DNA from: Eggerthellaceae bacterium | Lineage (GTDB): Bacteria; Bacteroidota; Bacteroidia; Bacteroidales; Marinilabiliaceae | Length of the DNA: 64,000 nucleotides | NCBI GenBank assembly: GCA_963631865.1 | Contig: CAVGTO010000002.1 | Coordinates: forward strand, 7,054 to 71,053 | Direction: 5' to 3' | In this document: positions 35,453 through 45,240 of the stretch, one piece after another | How positions within the stretch are numbered: position 1 is the first letter of the stretch | Layout of the letters: each line of letters opens with the position of its first letter | Translations under genes and position numbers: made by a program | The notes under the pieces: model-generated | What the model was told of the DNA's origin: nothing | Seen by the model: the letters and a program-made list of their open reading frames with translations, nothing else | Database searches by the model: none

Positions 35453-35513
35453 GGGGTCGATAATGCCCAAACTCAATCACGAGTTCGGGCATTAAGTGGG
35501 TATATGGGGGCAC

Positions 35514-35602
35514 TTTTGGAAGGGAATGGAAATTATTAGTCGCCAAAATCGGTATAAAATGACGGTTTTTGGAAGGTAATAAAGATTATTAGTCGCCAAA
35601 AT
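35514..35602 (+). repeat. Two 36-bp direct repeats (period 53 bp) upstream of the second ATPase gene
   Basis: ttttggaagggaatggaaattattagtcgccaaaat versus ttttggaaggtaataaagattattagtcgccaaaat (32/36 identical). A third partial copy, tttttggaaagaaataagc, lies at 35619-35637. Confidence 0.8.
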
Positions 35603-35616
35603 TGAATGTATTTTAC

Positions 35617-35624
35617 TATTTTTG
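35617..35624 (+). promoter_or_regulatory. Candidate -7 box TATTTTTG
   Basis: Exact TAnnTTTG match 21 nt before the ATG at 35645. Confidence 0.4.
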
Positions 35625-35644
35625 GAAAGAAATAAGCTTTAAAT

Positions 35645-37090
35645 ATGGAAAACATCATAGGCAGAAAGGCTGAATGTCAAGCCCTTGAGGATTGTTTAGA
35701 ATCCCAAAGATCCGAGCTTGTAGTAATTTACGGTCGCCGACGCGTAGGCAAAACATTCCTCGTACGTCATTTCTTCAAAGACCAATACGACTTCATGTTC
35801 GTAGGCAAGCGAGGAATGAACCGAGAACAGCAGCTTGGCCAATTCGGGTTGGCACTACGAAAATATTCCGGTATACCCATAGACATACATTTCAAAACTT
35901 GGATTGACGCATTCAATGCTCTTGCTTCCGTTTTGGAAGCGTCGCCTAAAAAAGGTAAAAAGGTGATTTTTCTCGATGAAATGCCATGGATGGACACACA
36001 CAGATCGGATTTCGTCGTAGCCATAGAGGATTTTTGGAATAGCTGGGCCAATATGCGAGACGACATAATGCTCGTTGCGTGCGGCTCTGCCACATCTTGG
36101 ATGGTAGACAAAATAATGCACAATCAAGGTGGCCTGTTCAATCGCGTCACTAAGCGCATATTTCTACATCCTTTCCGTTTATGCGAGGTGGAGGAGTACT
36201 TGAAATCCCACAATATTCGTTGGGACAGGTATCAAATACTTCAATGCTATATGATTTTTGGCGGGGTACCATATTACCTCTCTCTGCTCAACAAGCGACT
36301 ATCCCTTGCCGGCAATGTCGACGAACTCTTTTTCTCGGGCACCGACGCCCCTATGAGATTGGAGTATGGAGAATTATACTCTTCGCTATTCCGTTTCCCT
36401 GAGAATTATCTTGCCGTAGTAAAAGTTCTTGCGAGCCGCCGAAACGGATTCACTCGACAAGAATTATCAGCAAAAACCAAACTAACAGGAGCATCGCTCA
36501 CAAAAGTTCTTCAAGACCTTGAGCAAAGCGACTTCATATTTTCGCGTCGACAATACGGAGTTGCCAAAAGCAATCTTATCTACCGACTGAAAGACTTCTA
36601 TTCCTTCTTCTACTTCAAGTTTGTAGATGGAAGCGACGTGAACAGCGAACATCTATGGTCGCAACTTATGTCAACCCCAAGCGCACGCTCGTGGATGGGT
36701 TTCAGTTTTGAGCTTCTTTGCCTGCTTCACATTGAAGAGATAAAGTGGTCTCTAAGGATTGACGCAATAATAACAGATGCTACCAGTTGGCGGACCGCGC
36801 CCGAGAATGGCTCGCATGGAGCCCAAATAGACCTTGTAATTGACCGAGCCGACAGAACAATCGACCTCTGCGAAATAAAGTTCTCTACGGCCCCCTACGT
36901 CATCGACGAGGCCTACGCCATGCAACTCCGAGAACGCATGGCGCTCTTCCGCAGCAAGACCAAGACGCGCCACGCCCTCCGCACCGTTTTCATCTCCCCA
37001 TTCGGGGTCCTGCAAAACATGTACTCCAGCGTCGTGGACCAGGAGGTAAAGGTCGACGGACTATTTACTCAGTTAGCAGTTAGCAGTTGA
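35645..37090 (+). CDS. AAA+ ATP-binding protein (archaeal-ATPase/DUF234-like)
   Basis: Walker A 'YGRRRVGKTF' and Walker B 'VIFLDEMPWM'. 481 aa, A/T-richer than the neighbours. The C-terminus (QLAVSS) is encoded by a heptamer array. Confidence 0.8.
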   Translation: MENIIGRKAECQALEDCLESQRSELVVIYGRRRVGKTFLVRHFFKDQYDFMFVGKRGMNREQQLGQFGLALRKYSGIPIDIHFKTWIDAFNALASVLEASPKKGKKVIFLDEMPWMDTHRSDFVVAIEDFWNSWANMRDDIMLVACGSATSWMVDKIMHNQGGLFNRVTKRIFLHPFRLCEVEEYLKSHNIRWDRYQILQCYMIFGGVPYYLSLLNKRLSLAGNVDELFFSGTDAPMRLEYGELYSSLFRFPENYLAVVKVLASRRNGFTRQELSAKTKLTGASLTKVLQDLEQSDFIFSRRQYGVAKSNLIYRLKDFYSFFYFKFVDGSDVNSEHLWSQLMSTPSARSWMGFSFELLCLLHIEEIKWSLRIDAIITDATSWRTAPENGSHGAQIDLVIDRADRTIDLCEIKFSTAPYVIDEAYAMQLRERMALFRSKTKTRHALRTVFISPFGVLQNMYSSVVDQEVKVDGLFTQLAVSS

Positions 37091-37290
37091 TATTCAGTTC
37101 ACAGTGCTCAGTTCTCAGTTCACAGTTGCTATCCAGTTCTCAGTGCTCAGTTGCCTGTGTTATCCGACTGTGAACAGCAGACAGAGAACTATTAACAGTA
37201 AACCGTAAACTGGACAGAACCGCCAACTGCCAACTGTGAACCGTGAACTGTGAACTGAGAACTGAGCAGAACAGAGAACTGTGAACTGAA
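37070..37290. repeat. Largest heptamer structure: a CAGTTNN arm of about 12 units (37070-37155) facing an NNAACTG arm of about 18 units (37165-37290)
   Basis: cagttag cagttag cagttga ... tcagttg / ...ccaactg ccaactg tgaaccg tgaactg tgaactg agaactg... lies between two convergent genes. Confidence 0.85.
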
Positions 37291-37330
37291 AAAGCGCGCC
37301 TCCTGAGAAACTTCGGGAGGCGCGCTTTTT
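37288..37330. terminator. Bidirectional Rho-independent terminator
   Basis: aaaaa-GCGCGCCTCC-tgagaaacttcg-GGAGGCGCGC-ttttt, between the convergent genes at 35645(+) and 37456(-). Confidence 0.75.
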
Positions 37331-37455
37331 CAGTTTATAAATTCCAGTCTACATTGCCGCCGTCCGCGGCGGGGGGGGTGCTTCCCCGTCGGCGGAGCGT
37401 TGGCAATTGGACTGTAATCAGGCTACAGGGATGTGTAGTTTGTCAGCTTTGGGGC

Positions 37456-40400
37456 TTACTTCTTGAGCTGAAGCTTGCCGCCGCTGATGTAGAGGCCACG
37501 TGCGGGCTGAGCAATCTTGCGGCCTGCGAGGTCGTAGATGTCGCCGTTGGCAGCGTCGAAAGTTACATTGTGGATGGCCATGCTGCCGGTCACAGTGTAG
37601 GTGAGGGTGAAGGCGGGAACAACCTGGTCGTAGTCGTAGTTGAGAGCGCCCTCACGGACTTCGAAGGTGTACTCGCCAGCCTCTGCGGTCTCGTAGAAGA
37701 TGTAGAGGTTAGGATCAGACCAATCGTCGGAGTAATCGATTCTAGCAGTACCGACCTCAACGCCGTCCTTCTTGACAACAACAGCGGTCTCATCAGTAGC
37801 ATCGGCGGAAGCCACATCAACGTAGTTGGTAATCTGGAAGCCGATATTAGAGATAGTCTCTACAGTGCTACCGTCTGCGGGGGTTGCCTCAATTTCGGGA
37901 GTCTCAGCAGCGGGCTCAGTGAAGTCGTAGCCGAGGTAGATGGCCTCGCTGTTGTAGGTGCCGTTGGCATCCTCGATAGAGCCTGCGGCAATCTGTACGC
38001 CGAACCTACCCATTACGTAGTAGTAGTCTACCGCATCGCTGAGGGCGATGGTGACGACATTATCGGCTGCGGAGAGGGTGCCGGTTACGCCGTATGCGCC
38101 ATAGACGTTGACGGTTGCGTTCTCAGTGACGCTTACGGGCTCGCTGAAGGTGAGGTTGATGGTCTGGAGGGCCTCAAGCTCGCTGCCGTCGGCAGGATCA
38201 GCGGTGTAGCTGAACTCCTTAGAGACGGTGCCAATGGTATAGGTAAGAGTAGCGGCAGCGCTTTCCTCACCATCATTAATAGAGATTACGCCCTTCGGGA
38301 ACTCGAAGGTGTAGACACCAGCCTTGGTGTACTCCTTTGAGGGATAGAGATAGAGGTGAGATAAGTCTTCGTCAGCATAATTAATCTCGGGATCGAGGCT
38401 CTCGACGAGAACGCCATTCCTCTTGACAGACACCTTGCCACTAGCTGCCATAACATCCTCAATAGGATTGCCCTCCTCATCGTTGAAGTAGAAGAGGATC
38501 TCGCTGATGCTGGTAACGGTAGAGCCGTCTGCGGGCTCAGCCACGAGAGTTGCGGTAGAAGCGGGCTTTACGAGAGTATAGCTGAGGTAGATGTCGCCAT
38601 TCTCAAAGCCAGAAGCATTATAGAAGATGCCCTCTGGAATCTGGATGTTGAGATTGCCGGTGATGTCACCAGCTGTGAGCTCCTTGCTGAGGGTGATGGT
38701 GGCGGTGTTGGTCACAGAGTCGAACTCGACAGTGCCAGTTACGCGGCGTGCGCCATATACGTAGACAACGGGATCGTCAACCATAGATACGGCCTTGTCG
38801 AACTTGACCTTGATGGTCTGGATGGTCTCGAGAGTCTCGTCGTCCTCAGAAGGGGTAGCTACGCAAGAGAAGTCGGCGTTGCCGCTGACGGAGAAGGGAA
38901 CGGTTACCTCAGAGTCGTTGAAACCAGAGTCCAGACCGTCGCCATAGCTGAAGGTGCCGTACTGGAATACGATATAGTACTCACCAGCCTTGACGATAGG
39001 ATCGGCGAAGGTGACGGTGAAGCCCTGGCCGTTTCCGTCCTTATCCTTAGCAATGGCGGGGTGGGTAATCTTGGCAGCCTTGACAACGTCTGCGTCAGCC
39101 TTGGTGGTGAAGCTGTCGGAGCCATTGGTCCAGGTGGAGGACTCGGCAGCGTCGTACTCAGACTTGAGGATGGCGTAGACAATGGGGTCCGCGTACTCCT
39201 CGTTGTCGTAAGAGAAGCCAGAGTTGTAGCTTACGGCGTCGGAGCTTGCGTCGCTCTTCGGGAGGAACTCGACGGTAGCGAGCTTATCGACGGTAGAGCC
39301 TGCGCGAGGATTGGTGAGGAAGTCGTAGCCCTTGCAAGAAGAGCAGAAGGTGTAGTTGAACTCACCGCCAACGTAGTAGTTGCCATACTTGCCGTTGGTG
39401 GAGACGAACTGCTCGTTGCCTACGGCTGCGGCATCAATGGTGAGAGTGTACTCGTGGCCATCCGCAAATTCGGAGGAGAAGGCGAGAGTAGAGAAGCCAG
39501 CGTTTGCTACGGTGAACTCGCAAGCCTTGCCAGTGGTTTCGTCGGTGAGGACGCACTTAGAAGCGTCGGCCACGGAGACAGCCTCGCTGAAGGTGATGGC
39601 GAGAGACTTGGGAACCTCGTAGGTGAGACCAGTCTTGGGGTTATTCTTTACGAGAGTGATATCGGAGAGGAGCTCGTCGCCAGGGTTGAACTTGGCGGAG
39701 ACAGTGTGCTCCTTGCCGTCGATGGCAACCACGCCGCCAAGAGATACGCGGACATTCTTGCCAGCCTTGACGTCGTCGGAGACCTTGAAGAAGTAAGAGA
39801 TAGCATTAGAGCCCTCAGTCTCGTCCTCCTTGCTGGTGAACTCGGTGATGGACTCGGTCTTCTTCTCGTCGTTCTGAGTCTGGTAAGAGATCTCGACGGA
39901 GGTGAAGGTGATGGCGGTCTTCTCGGAGAGGTAGAGCTCAATCTCGTTGCTGGTAAGGGTAGAGCCGTTGGCAGGTGTGAACTCGTATGCCAAGTCGGTG
40001 GTCATATCCTTAAACTCAGGATGGTAAGTGATGTAGGTCTTGCTGCTGTACGAAGGCTGGGTGCCATCGGCCATGAGCACGTTGTAGAGCGAGAGATTGA
40101 TGTAGGTGTACTTGGGCTCGTAGAGGATGCCGGTGAAATCGACAATGAGCTTGTTGCCGTCGATAGTAACCCTGTCATAAGCGCCATCGGCCTTGCCGAA
40201 GCTGTACTGGACGTTGTCGTCCGTGCCACCCTGATAGCCAAAGAGGAGGGATACTTGCGCAGTCTGACCTTCTGCGTAGGTCATAAGATCGCGGGTATAC
40301 TCAACGGTAAGGATACCGCCCTTGTCACCACTTACCCAGTAGCTACGGAAACCTTCATTCATCCAAGCGTCAACCTCGTCGGTGTTGGCGATAGTTGCGG

Positions 40401-41160
40401 GAGTCGCGGGGATGGTGAAGTTGAGGGTAAGTTTGCCATCGCCATTGTAGAGGTTTTCTTTGCTATCCTTTACGTTGGTGAAAGATACGGAAACCTTGTC
40501 ACCCTCCTTAGCGGGGTTCTCGGCAAGATTCATGATGCTGTCTACGACAGACTGAGTCTTGACGATGAGGGAAGAGCTACCAGTGTGAACCTCAATCTCC
40601 TTAGAGACGGAGCCCCAAGTGAAGACAGCGTACTTGTCGGAAGAAGGCTTCTTGGTAAACTCCACCTCAAGCTGCTTGCTTGCGGAGATTGCGCCACCAT
40701 CTTTGCCCTCGTTGCCACCGAAAGTGATGGCCTTGACCTCGAAGGTGTTGCTCTCTTCGACAGCGATAAAACGCATAGTTCCGAGAGATGGATTAGCTAC
40801 AATGTAGTAGATATCACCTGCCTCCAAGCTAATCTGACGACGGCTGTTATAGTAAACCTCATTCTCGTCGGTATAACTCTCAAACATGAACTCGGTCTTA
40901 TCGTTTACCTGATTGTCGGCAGTTGTTTCAGACGAAGAATAAAAAGAGATGTCTCCGTTGTAGTAATAGATCTTCAGGAGAGTGGACTTCGATGCGGTGA
41001 CAGACAGCGTTGTAGTGGTCTTCACCTCATACTTGGTATTGAGCTCGAGAGCCGCCACATCATCTGCGGCCTTGGCGGCCGTGACAGTGCAGACGACGAG
41101 CATCAGCGCGAGCCAAAGACGCTTGGCCAACGCGGCAAAAGATGTAGATGCTTTTGTCAT
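37456..41160 (-). CDS. 1234-aa secreted multi-Ig-like-domain surface protein with a T9SS C-terminal sorting domain
   Basis: Signal peptide 'LALMLVVCTVTAAKA'. Repeated 'P(A/S)DGS.(V/L)..(I/L)..I...F' Ig-like (SbsA/Big_5-type) modules. Tail 'IYDLAGRKIAQPARGLYISGGKLQLKK'. Confidence 0.8.
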   Translation of the reverse strand: MTKASTSFAALAKRLWLALMLVVCTVTAAKAADDVAALELNTKYEVKTTTTLSVTASKSTLLKIYYYNGDISFYSSSETTADNQVNDKTEFMFESYTDENEVYYNSRRQISLEAGDIYYIVANPSLGTMRFIAVEESNTFEVKAITFGGNEGKDGGAISASKQLEVEFTKKPSSDKYAVFTWGSVSKEIEVHTGSSSLIVKTQSVVDSIMNLAENPAKEGDKVSVSFTNVKDSKENLYNGDGKLTLNFTIPATPATIANTDEVDAWMNEGFRSYWVSGDKGGILTVEYTRDLMTYAEGQTAQVSLLFGYQGGTDDNVQYSFGKADGAYDRVTIDGNKLIVDFTGILYEPKYTYINLSLYNVLMADGTQPSYSSKTYITYHPEFKDMTTDLAYEFTPANGSTLTSNEIELYLSEKTAITFTSVEISYQTQNDEKKTESITEFTSKEDETEGSNAISYFFKVSDDVKAGKNVRVSLGGVVAIDGKEHTVSAKFNPGDELLSDITLVKNNPKTGLTYEVPKSLAITFSEAVSVADASKCVLTDETTGKACEFTVANAGFSTLAFSSEFADGHEYTLTIDAAAVGNEQFVSTNGKYGNYYVGGEFNYTFCSSCKGYDFLTNPRAGSTVDKLATVEFLPKSDASSDAVSYNSGFSYDNEEYADPIVYAILKSEYDAAESSTWTNGSDSFTTKADADVVKAAKITHPAIAKDKDGNGQGFTVTFADPIVKAGEYYIVFQYGTFSYGDGLDSGFNDSEVTVPFSVSGNADFSCVATPSEDDETLETIQTIKVKFDKAVSMVDDPVVYVYGARRVTGTVEFDSVTNTATITLSKELTAGDITGNLNIQIPEGIFYNASGFENGDIYLSYTLVKPASTATLVAEPADGSTVTSISEILFYFNDEEGNPIEDVMAASGKVSVKRNGVLVESLDPEINYADEDLSHLYLYPSKEYTKAGVYTFEFPKGVISINDGEESAAATLTYTIGTVSKEFSYTADPADGSELEALQTINLTFSEPVSVTENATVNVYGAYGVTGTLSAADNVVTIALSDAVDYYYVMGRFGVQIAAGSIEDANGTYNSEAIYLGYDFTEPAAETPEIEATPADGSTVETISNIGFQITNYVDVASADATDETAVVVKKDGVEVGTARIDYSDDWSDPNLYIFYETAEAGEYTFEVREGALNYDYDQVVPAFTLTYTVTGSMAIHNVTFDAANGDIYDLAGRKIAQPARGLYISGGKLQLKK

Positions 41161-41294
41161 AGTTTTTATAGAGGATTGATTAAATGCTAATTTTTTCAGT
41201 CCACAGTTACGGAGTAACTGCGACTGCGTTTTTGCCTAGGGAACGTGTTCGTACCCTCCCTGGGCTGAAGCCCGGGGGTACACATACCACTTTT

Positions 41295-41390
41295 CAGTTA
41301 GCAGTTCACAGTTACTAGTATTTGGAGATGTTTTTTCTGCCCAATTTCCCACGGTCGGGGCCACCGTAACTGTGAACTGAGAACTGAGAA
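41295..41390. repeat. Inverted pair of short heptamer arrays
   Basis: cagttag cagttca cagttac (41295-41315) and gtaactg tgaactg agaactg (41366-41386). The second abuts the stop at 41397. Confidence 0.75.
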
Positions 41391-41396
41391 AAGATG

Positions 41397-44300
41397 TTAC
41401 TTGTTAACTGACAGGAGTTTGCCGCCGACAACGTAGAGACCGCGGGGGAGAGAAGAGATCTGCTCGGCGGTGGCGTTGCGGAAGAGAAGGACACCGTCGA
41501 GGGAGTAGACGTCGGTGTTGGCGATCTTGTCGGCACTTATCTCGTCGAGGGCGTCGGAGTCGTCCGCGTCATCGTAGCCCGGGCTGTTGGCCGGGAACTT
41601 GGCGACGACGGAGTTGATGAGAGCCTCGGTGTTGCCGTCGAAGATCATGACGACAATCTTGCCGTGCCTTGACTTAGATACCTGGTCGGGATATGAGAAG
41701 CTGATATCGATGGTGTTCTCGTCGCCCGCCGTGAGACTGGAGGGGAAACCGAGACCCGTCTGACCAGAGAATGAGCTGCCGACAACGGCCTTCACAATAT
41801 CGTTGTGGTAGACACCCGTGGCGGTAGCCATTGCGTACTTGCCGCCCTTGCCGAACTCACCAAAGATGGACTCGGACATATTGTAGCAGTTGTTGTACTG
41901 GTACGAGCGTATGCTGTCCTCGAGGATAACGACGAGAGTGCTGAGATACTGATTAGTAAGGTTGATGGCGCTCTTGACGTTCACCTTGAAGCTGAGGTAG
42001 TTGGTGGACTCGTTGTATGTGAAGTCGTCAACAGCCACGTCGATGTCGGCGGGCACCTCAAGCTCGGCCCTTACGTAGTCCTCCCAAAGAGGCTCGGCGG
42101 GATAAGAGAATGTGTAGAGACCGTCATCTCCCTGAGTCATAGGCGAAGAGATGACGCCATCGCGCTGGACGATGCCAGAGGGAGCCGCACTGAGGCCGAG
42201 GGCCGAAGCGTAGCTTGAAGAGATAGAGCCGCCAAGCTGGTCGCCCGTGTAGGCATGGATGGAGATGGGGATAAAGTTCTCGCCAAAGAGTTTCTCAAGA
42301 TTCTCAATGCCAAGGATACCCATCGGGCAGTTCATACAGGTATTGCCAGTGAACTCCTCGAGGACTACCCGCTTGGTGGGTGCGAAGGCCAAGTTCTTGA
42401 TTGAGCTCTTGGTGGCGTCGGAGTAATCGTCGAGCTGCACCTTGACATAGAAGGTGTTGGAGACACCCACGGTCAGTGGCAGCGGGGCTGGGAACTCGAA
42501 GGCGAACTTGTCGCCCTTGACGAGAGCGAGGTCGCTCTGGCTGACAGTGGAGATGGCATTGCCCTCGGCATCCTGGAGAGTGAGGGTGATGGAGGAGTAG
42601 GTAACGTCATCAGCATTGATGGTGACGGAGCCGGCAATGGTGATATCCTTCTGGTCTACAACGGACTGAGCGTTAGAGAGAGAGAGGAGATACTTGAGGT
42701 TGCGCATCACGAGGATGTTGTCCACAAACATTGCGCTCTGATCCTCATTGTTGTTCCAGAAGCCGATGTAGATCTTCTTGCCAGCGTAGGCAGAGAGGTC
42801 GATATTATAATGTGTCCAGTCGCCCGAGAGAGTCTCGGAGCCCTGACCCATGGTGAGGGTGTACTCGGTAATGTCGCCTTCGGTCTTCATCTTGGCCACG
42901 GTGGCGGAGTCGAGAGTATTGATGTTCTCCTCGCATACCCAGATGACAATCTTCAGTACGTCCTCGTAGTCCTTCTCACTGCCGTAGCTCTGAGCGTCGA
43001 ACGAGAGGTAGCAACTATTGTCGGGGATAGTGAGCTGCGGGGTCACCATCCAGTCATCGCTCTGCCCCTCGGGCTCGTACATGGAGTGCGAAGCTGCGCA
43101 GTAGTCGGAGCTGCTGCTGCTCTCGCGGATTGAGAAGTTCCACGGCTGATTGTCGGCGTCGAACTCCCAGTTCTGCATGGCTGAGGTCGGAGTGTTGTGG
43201 TCTCCCTCGTAACGCATGAGGTTGTTGAGGGCGTTGGAGATGGAAGAGAAATCCTCGGAGAAGATGGTGGCGTCGTCGGAAGATACCTGACGCTCGTAGG
43301 TGCCATTGTAATTAATGGTGATCTCCCCGTTGGCACTGGTCTTCTCGCCAGCGGCATTGTTGAGCGAGCCAGCCTCGAGGACTATGCGATACTGAGTACC
43401 AGCGTAGAGATACTGGGTAGAGGACGGGTAGAGAGCCACGAGAGTATCGCTGACCACAACGTTGAGAGAGGAGATAGAGGTCAACTTGTCGCTATCGACC
43501 TGATAGAGAGTAGCCTTGGCAGCGGAAGTCACGGTCACCTTGGTGTCCATGGTGAGGATGGTGTAGACCGAGCCATTGTCCAGTCGGGCAACGTCGGAGC
43601 CATCAGCGGGGTAGACGCTCTTGGCAGTAACGGGGGCTGCCGTACGACCCTTGTAAGAGACCACAATCTCGTCGTTGGTCTTATTCTGGTCGTTGGTGAT
43701 GGCTATGGAGCCAGCGGGAATCACAACCTTATATGCCTCGCCATTGTCCATTGCCGTAGAACGGAAAGTAACGACAACGGACTTGGAGTCGGTGCTGGAG
43801 ACAGCGAGACCGATAGACGAGCGGACAACATTGCCGTCCTTGTCGATAATCTGCGCAGCAGTCTTGTCTGCGAGGATGGTAATATCGTAGTCGAAGGTGA
43901 AAGTCACGGAGCTAATAGCAGCGAACTCAGTGCCATCGGCGGGCGATACGGTGTAAGACGAGAGGAGGTTGACGCCCTCGCAAGCCTCAGAGAGCGACTC
44001 GGGGAGGGTGACGACGTAGCTGTCGGCATAAGGGTAGACCATGGAGGCGATCACACTGCCGTTGGTCGACATATTGTATGGCGTACCAGTATTGCTGTAC
44101 TCGGTATAGGTCTCGAAGTCAATACCATAACGGAGTGTGCAGAGAGTGGAGAACGGATACCAGATATTGTTGTGGAGTACCTGGAACTCGCGCGAAGGAG
44201 AAGTGGTAGGGCTGCAGGTGAGGACGTTGCCGTCGTTGTCTACTCCCGACACCATACGGTCGTTCTCCTCGGAAGAAGAAGAGACGTAGGTATACTCGCC

Positions 44301-45200
44301 AGCCTCGATGTCGTAGAGGACGGGGAAAACCTCATCGTCGTTGGTGCGGATAGACGCGGCTGCGTATTTGCCGTTGGGGCTGATGATGGGCTCCGAGTCG
44401 AGCTGGAGGAAATTGGTTACGCCCTTGCCGAACTTGACATACGTGCCGTTCTGGCGATCGTAGATGAAGCCTGTGGGCTGGACGGACTGGTCGCCATAGA
44501 TTACGATATATCGAGCGTCGGAAGACATCGACATATAGGTCTCGAAGTGGCAACCGCTCTCAGTGGTCATCAAGGGAGTGCCCGAGAGAGAGATGAGTTT
44601 GCCCGTCGAGAGATCCCAAAGGACGCCATACGAAGGCGATGTGTACGCGCTGGAGCCTTTGTAAGTCACCGAGCCACAAGCATATTTGCCGTCGGGAGTG
44701 ACGGTGGACGCGAAGCCGTAGGATACGGTGAGCGTGTCGCTGCCCGTAAGAGCCTTGGTGAAAGTGGCATCAGGCATGTCGAGTGCATGCCATTTCTTTT
44801 CGGAGGCTACCCAATAGGCGGGCGTGCCGGTGTACTCGCCAGCGTCTTCGCTGAAAGTGCCGCTTATGGCACCTACGACGATATTGCCGTCGTCGGTAAC
44901 GTCGCCCACGTGGTAGAGGCCAATGGCATCCTCAGCGCCGAGGAGGTCATCGTCCTTATCGTAGATAGCTTGCTTGGCTCCCGTGGTGAGGTTGACGAGC
45001 CAAACGTTGGCGTTGGCGCAAGTCTCGTTGCTGGCGGGCTGAGCGAGGAGCCACGTACCGTTGTCAGAGATATTGGCAACGATACTCTGGTCGCCCAGGT
45101 TCACCTTGTAGAAGGTCGGCTTGGTGGTGTTTGTCGATGCTGCCTGAGCCGAGAGGGCCGTGGCGCATGCCAAGACGACGGAGGTTAATAGGTTCTTCAT
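41397..45200 (-). CDS. Secreted protein of about 1267 aa: propeller-like N-terminal region, Ig-like domains, choice-of-anchor-J/cleaved-adhesin-like domain, Omp28-like thioredoxin-fold module and T9SS CTD
   Basis: The ATG at 45200 gives the signal peptide 'MKNLLTSVVLACATALSAQA'. 'VVLEEFTGNTCMNCPMG' is paralogous to the 49794 gene. Tail 'VYSLDGVLLFRN...PRGLYVVGGKLLSVNK'. Confidence 0.8.
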   Translation of the reverse strand: MKNLLTSVVLACATALSAQAASTNTTKPTFYKVNLGDQSIVANISDNGTWLLAQPASNETCANANVWLVNLTTGAKQAIYDKDDDLLGAEDAIGLYHVGDVTDDGNIVVGAISGTFSEDAGEYTGTPAYWVASEKKWHALDMPDATFTKALTGSDTLTVSYGFASTVTPDGKYACGSVTYKGSSAYTSPSYGVLWDLSTGKLISLSGTPLMTTESGCHFETYMSMSSDARYIVIYGDQSVQPTGFIYDRQNGTYVKFGKGVTNFLQLDSEPIISPNGKYAAASIRTNDDEVFPVLYDIEAGEYTYVSSSSEENDRMVSGVDNDGNVLTCSPTTSPSREFQVLHNNIWYPFSTLCTLRYGIDFETYTEYSNTGTPYNMSTNGSVIASMVYPYADSYVVTLPESLSEACEGVNLLSSYTVSPADGTEFAAISSVTFTFDYDITILADKTAAQIIDKDGNVVRSSIGLAVSSTDSKSVVVTFRSTAMDNGEAYKVVIPAGSIAITNDQNKTNDEIVVSYKGRTAAPVTAKSVYPADGSDVARLDNGSVYTILTMDTKVTVTSAAKATLYQVDSDKLTSISSLNVVVSDTLVALYPSSTQYLYAGTQYRIVLEAGSLNNAAGEKTSANGEITINYNGTYERQVSSDDATIFSEDFSSISNALNNLMRYEGDHNTPTSAMQNWEFDADNQPWNFSIRESSSSSDYCAASHSMYEPEGQSDDWMVTPQLTIPDNSCYLSFDAQSYGSEKDYEDVLKIVIWVCEENINTLDSATVAKMKTEGDITEYTLTMGQGSETLSGDWTHYNIDLSAYAGKKIYIGFWNNNEDQSAMFVDNILVMRNLKYLLSLSNAQSVVDQKDITIAGSVTINADDVTYSSITLTLQDAEGNAISTVSQSDLALVKGDKFAFEFPAPLPLTVGVSNTFYVKVQLDDYSDATKSSIKNLAFAPTKRVVLEEFTGNTCMNCPMGILGIENLEKLFGENFIPISIHAYTGDQLGGSISSSYASALGLSAAPSGIVQRDGVISSPMTQGDDGLYTFSYPAEPLWEDYVRAELEVPADIDVAVDDFTYNESTNYLSFKVNVKSAINLTNQYLSTLVVILEDSIRSYQYNNCYNMSESIFGEFGKGGKYAMATATGVYHNDIVKAVVGSSFSGQTGLGFPSSLTAGDENTIDISFSYPDQVSKSRHGKIVVMIFDGNTEALINSVVAKFPANSPGYDDADDSDALDEISADKIANTDVYSLDGVLLFRNATAEQISSLPRGLYVVGGKLLSVNK

Positions 45201-45240
45201 GTAATTTATGGAGAGAACAGTTTGTATGGGGAGGGGAATT

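Noticed and set aside
39061-45188. 709-aa and 663-aa plus-strand ORFs (39061..41190, 43197..45188)
   Set aside because: They are antisense to the two large T9SS-tailed proteins, which have signal peptides, domain repeats and sorting tails. The plus-strand translations are G/V/E/D/A-rich with no features.
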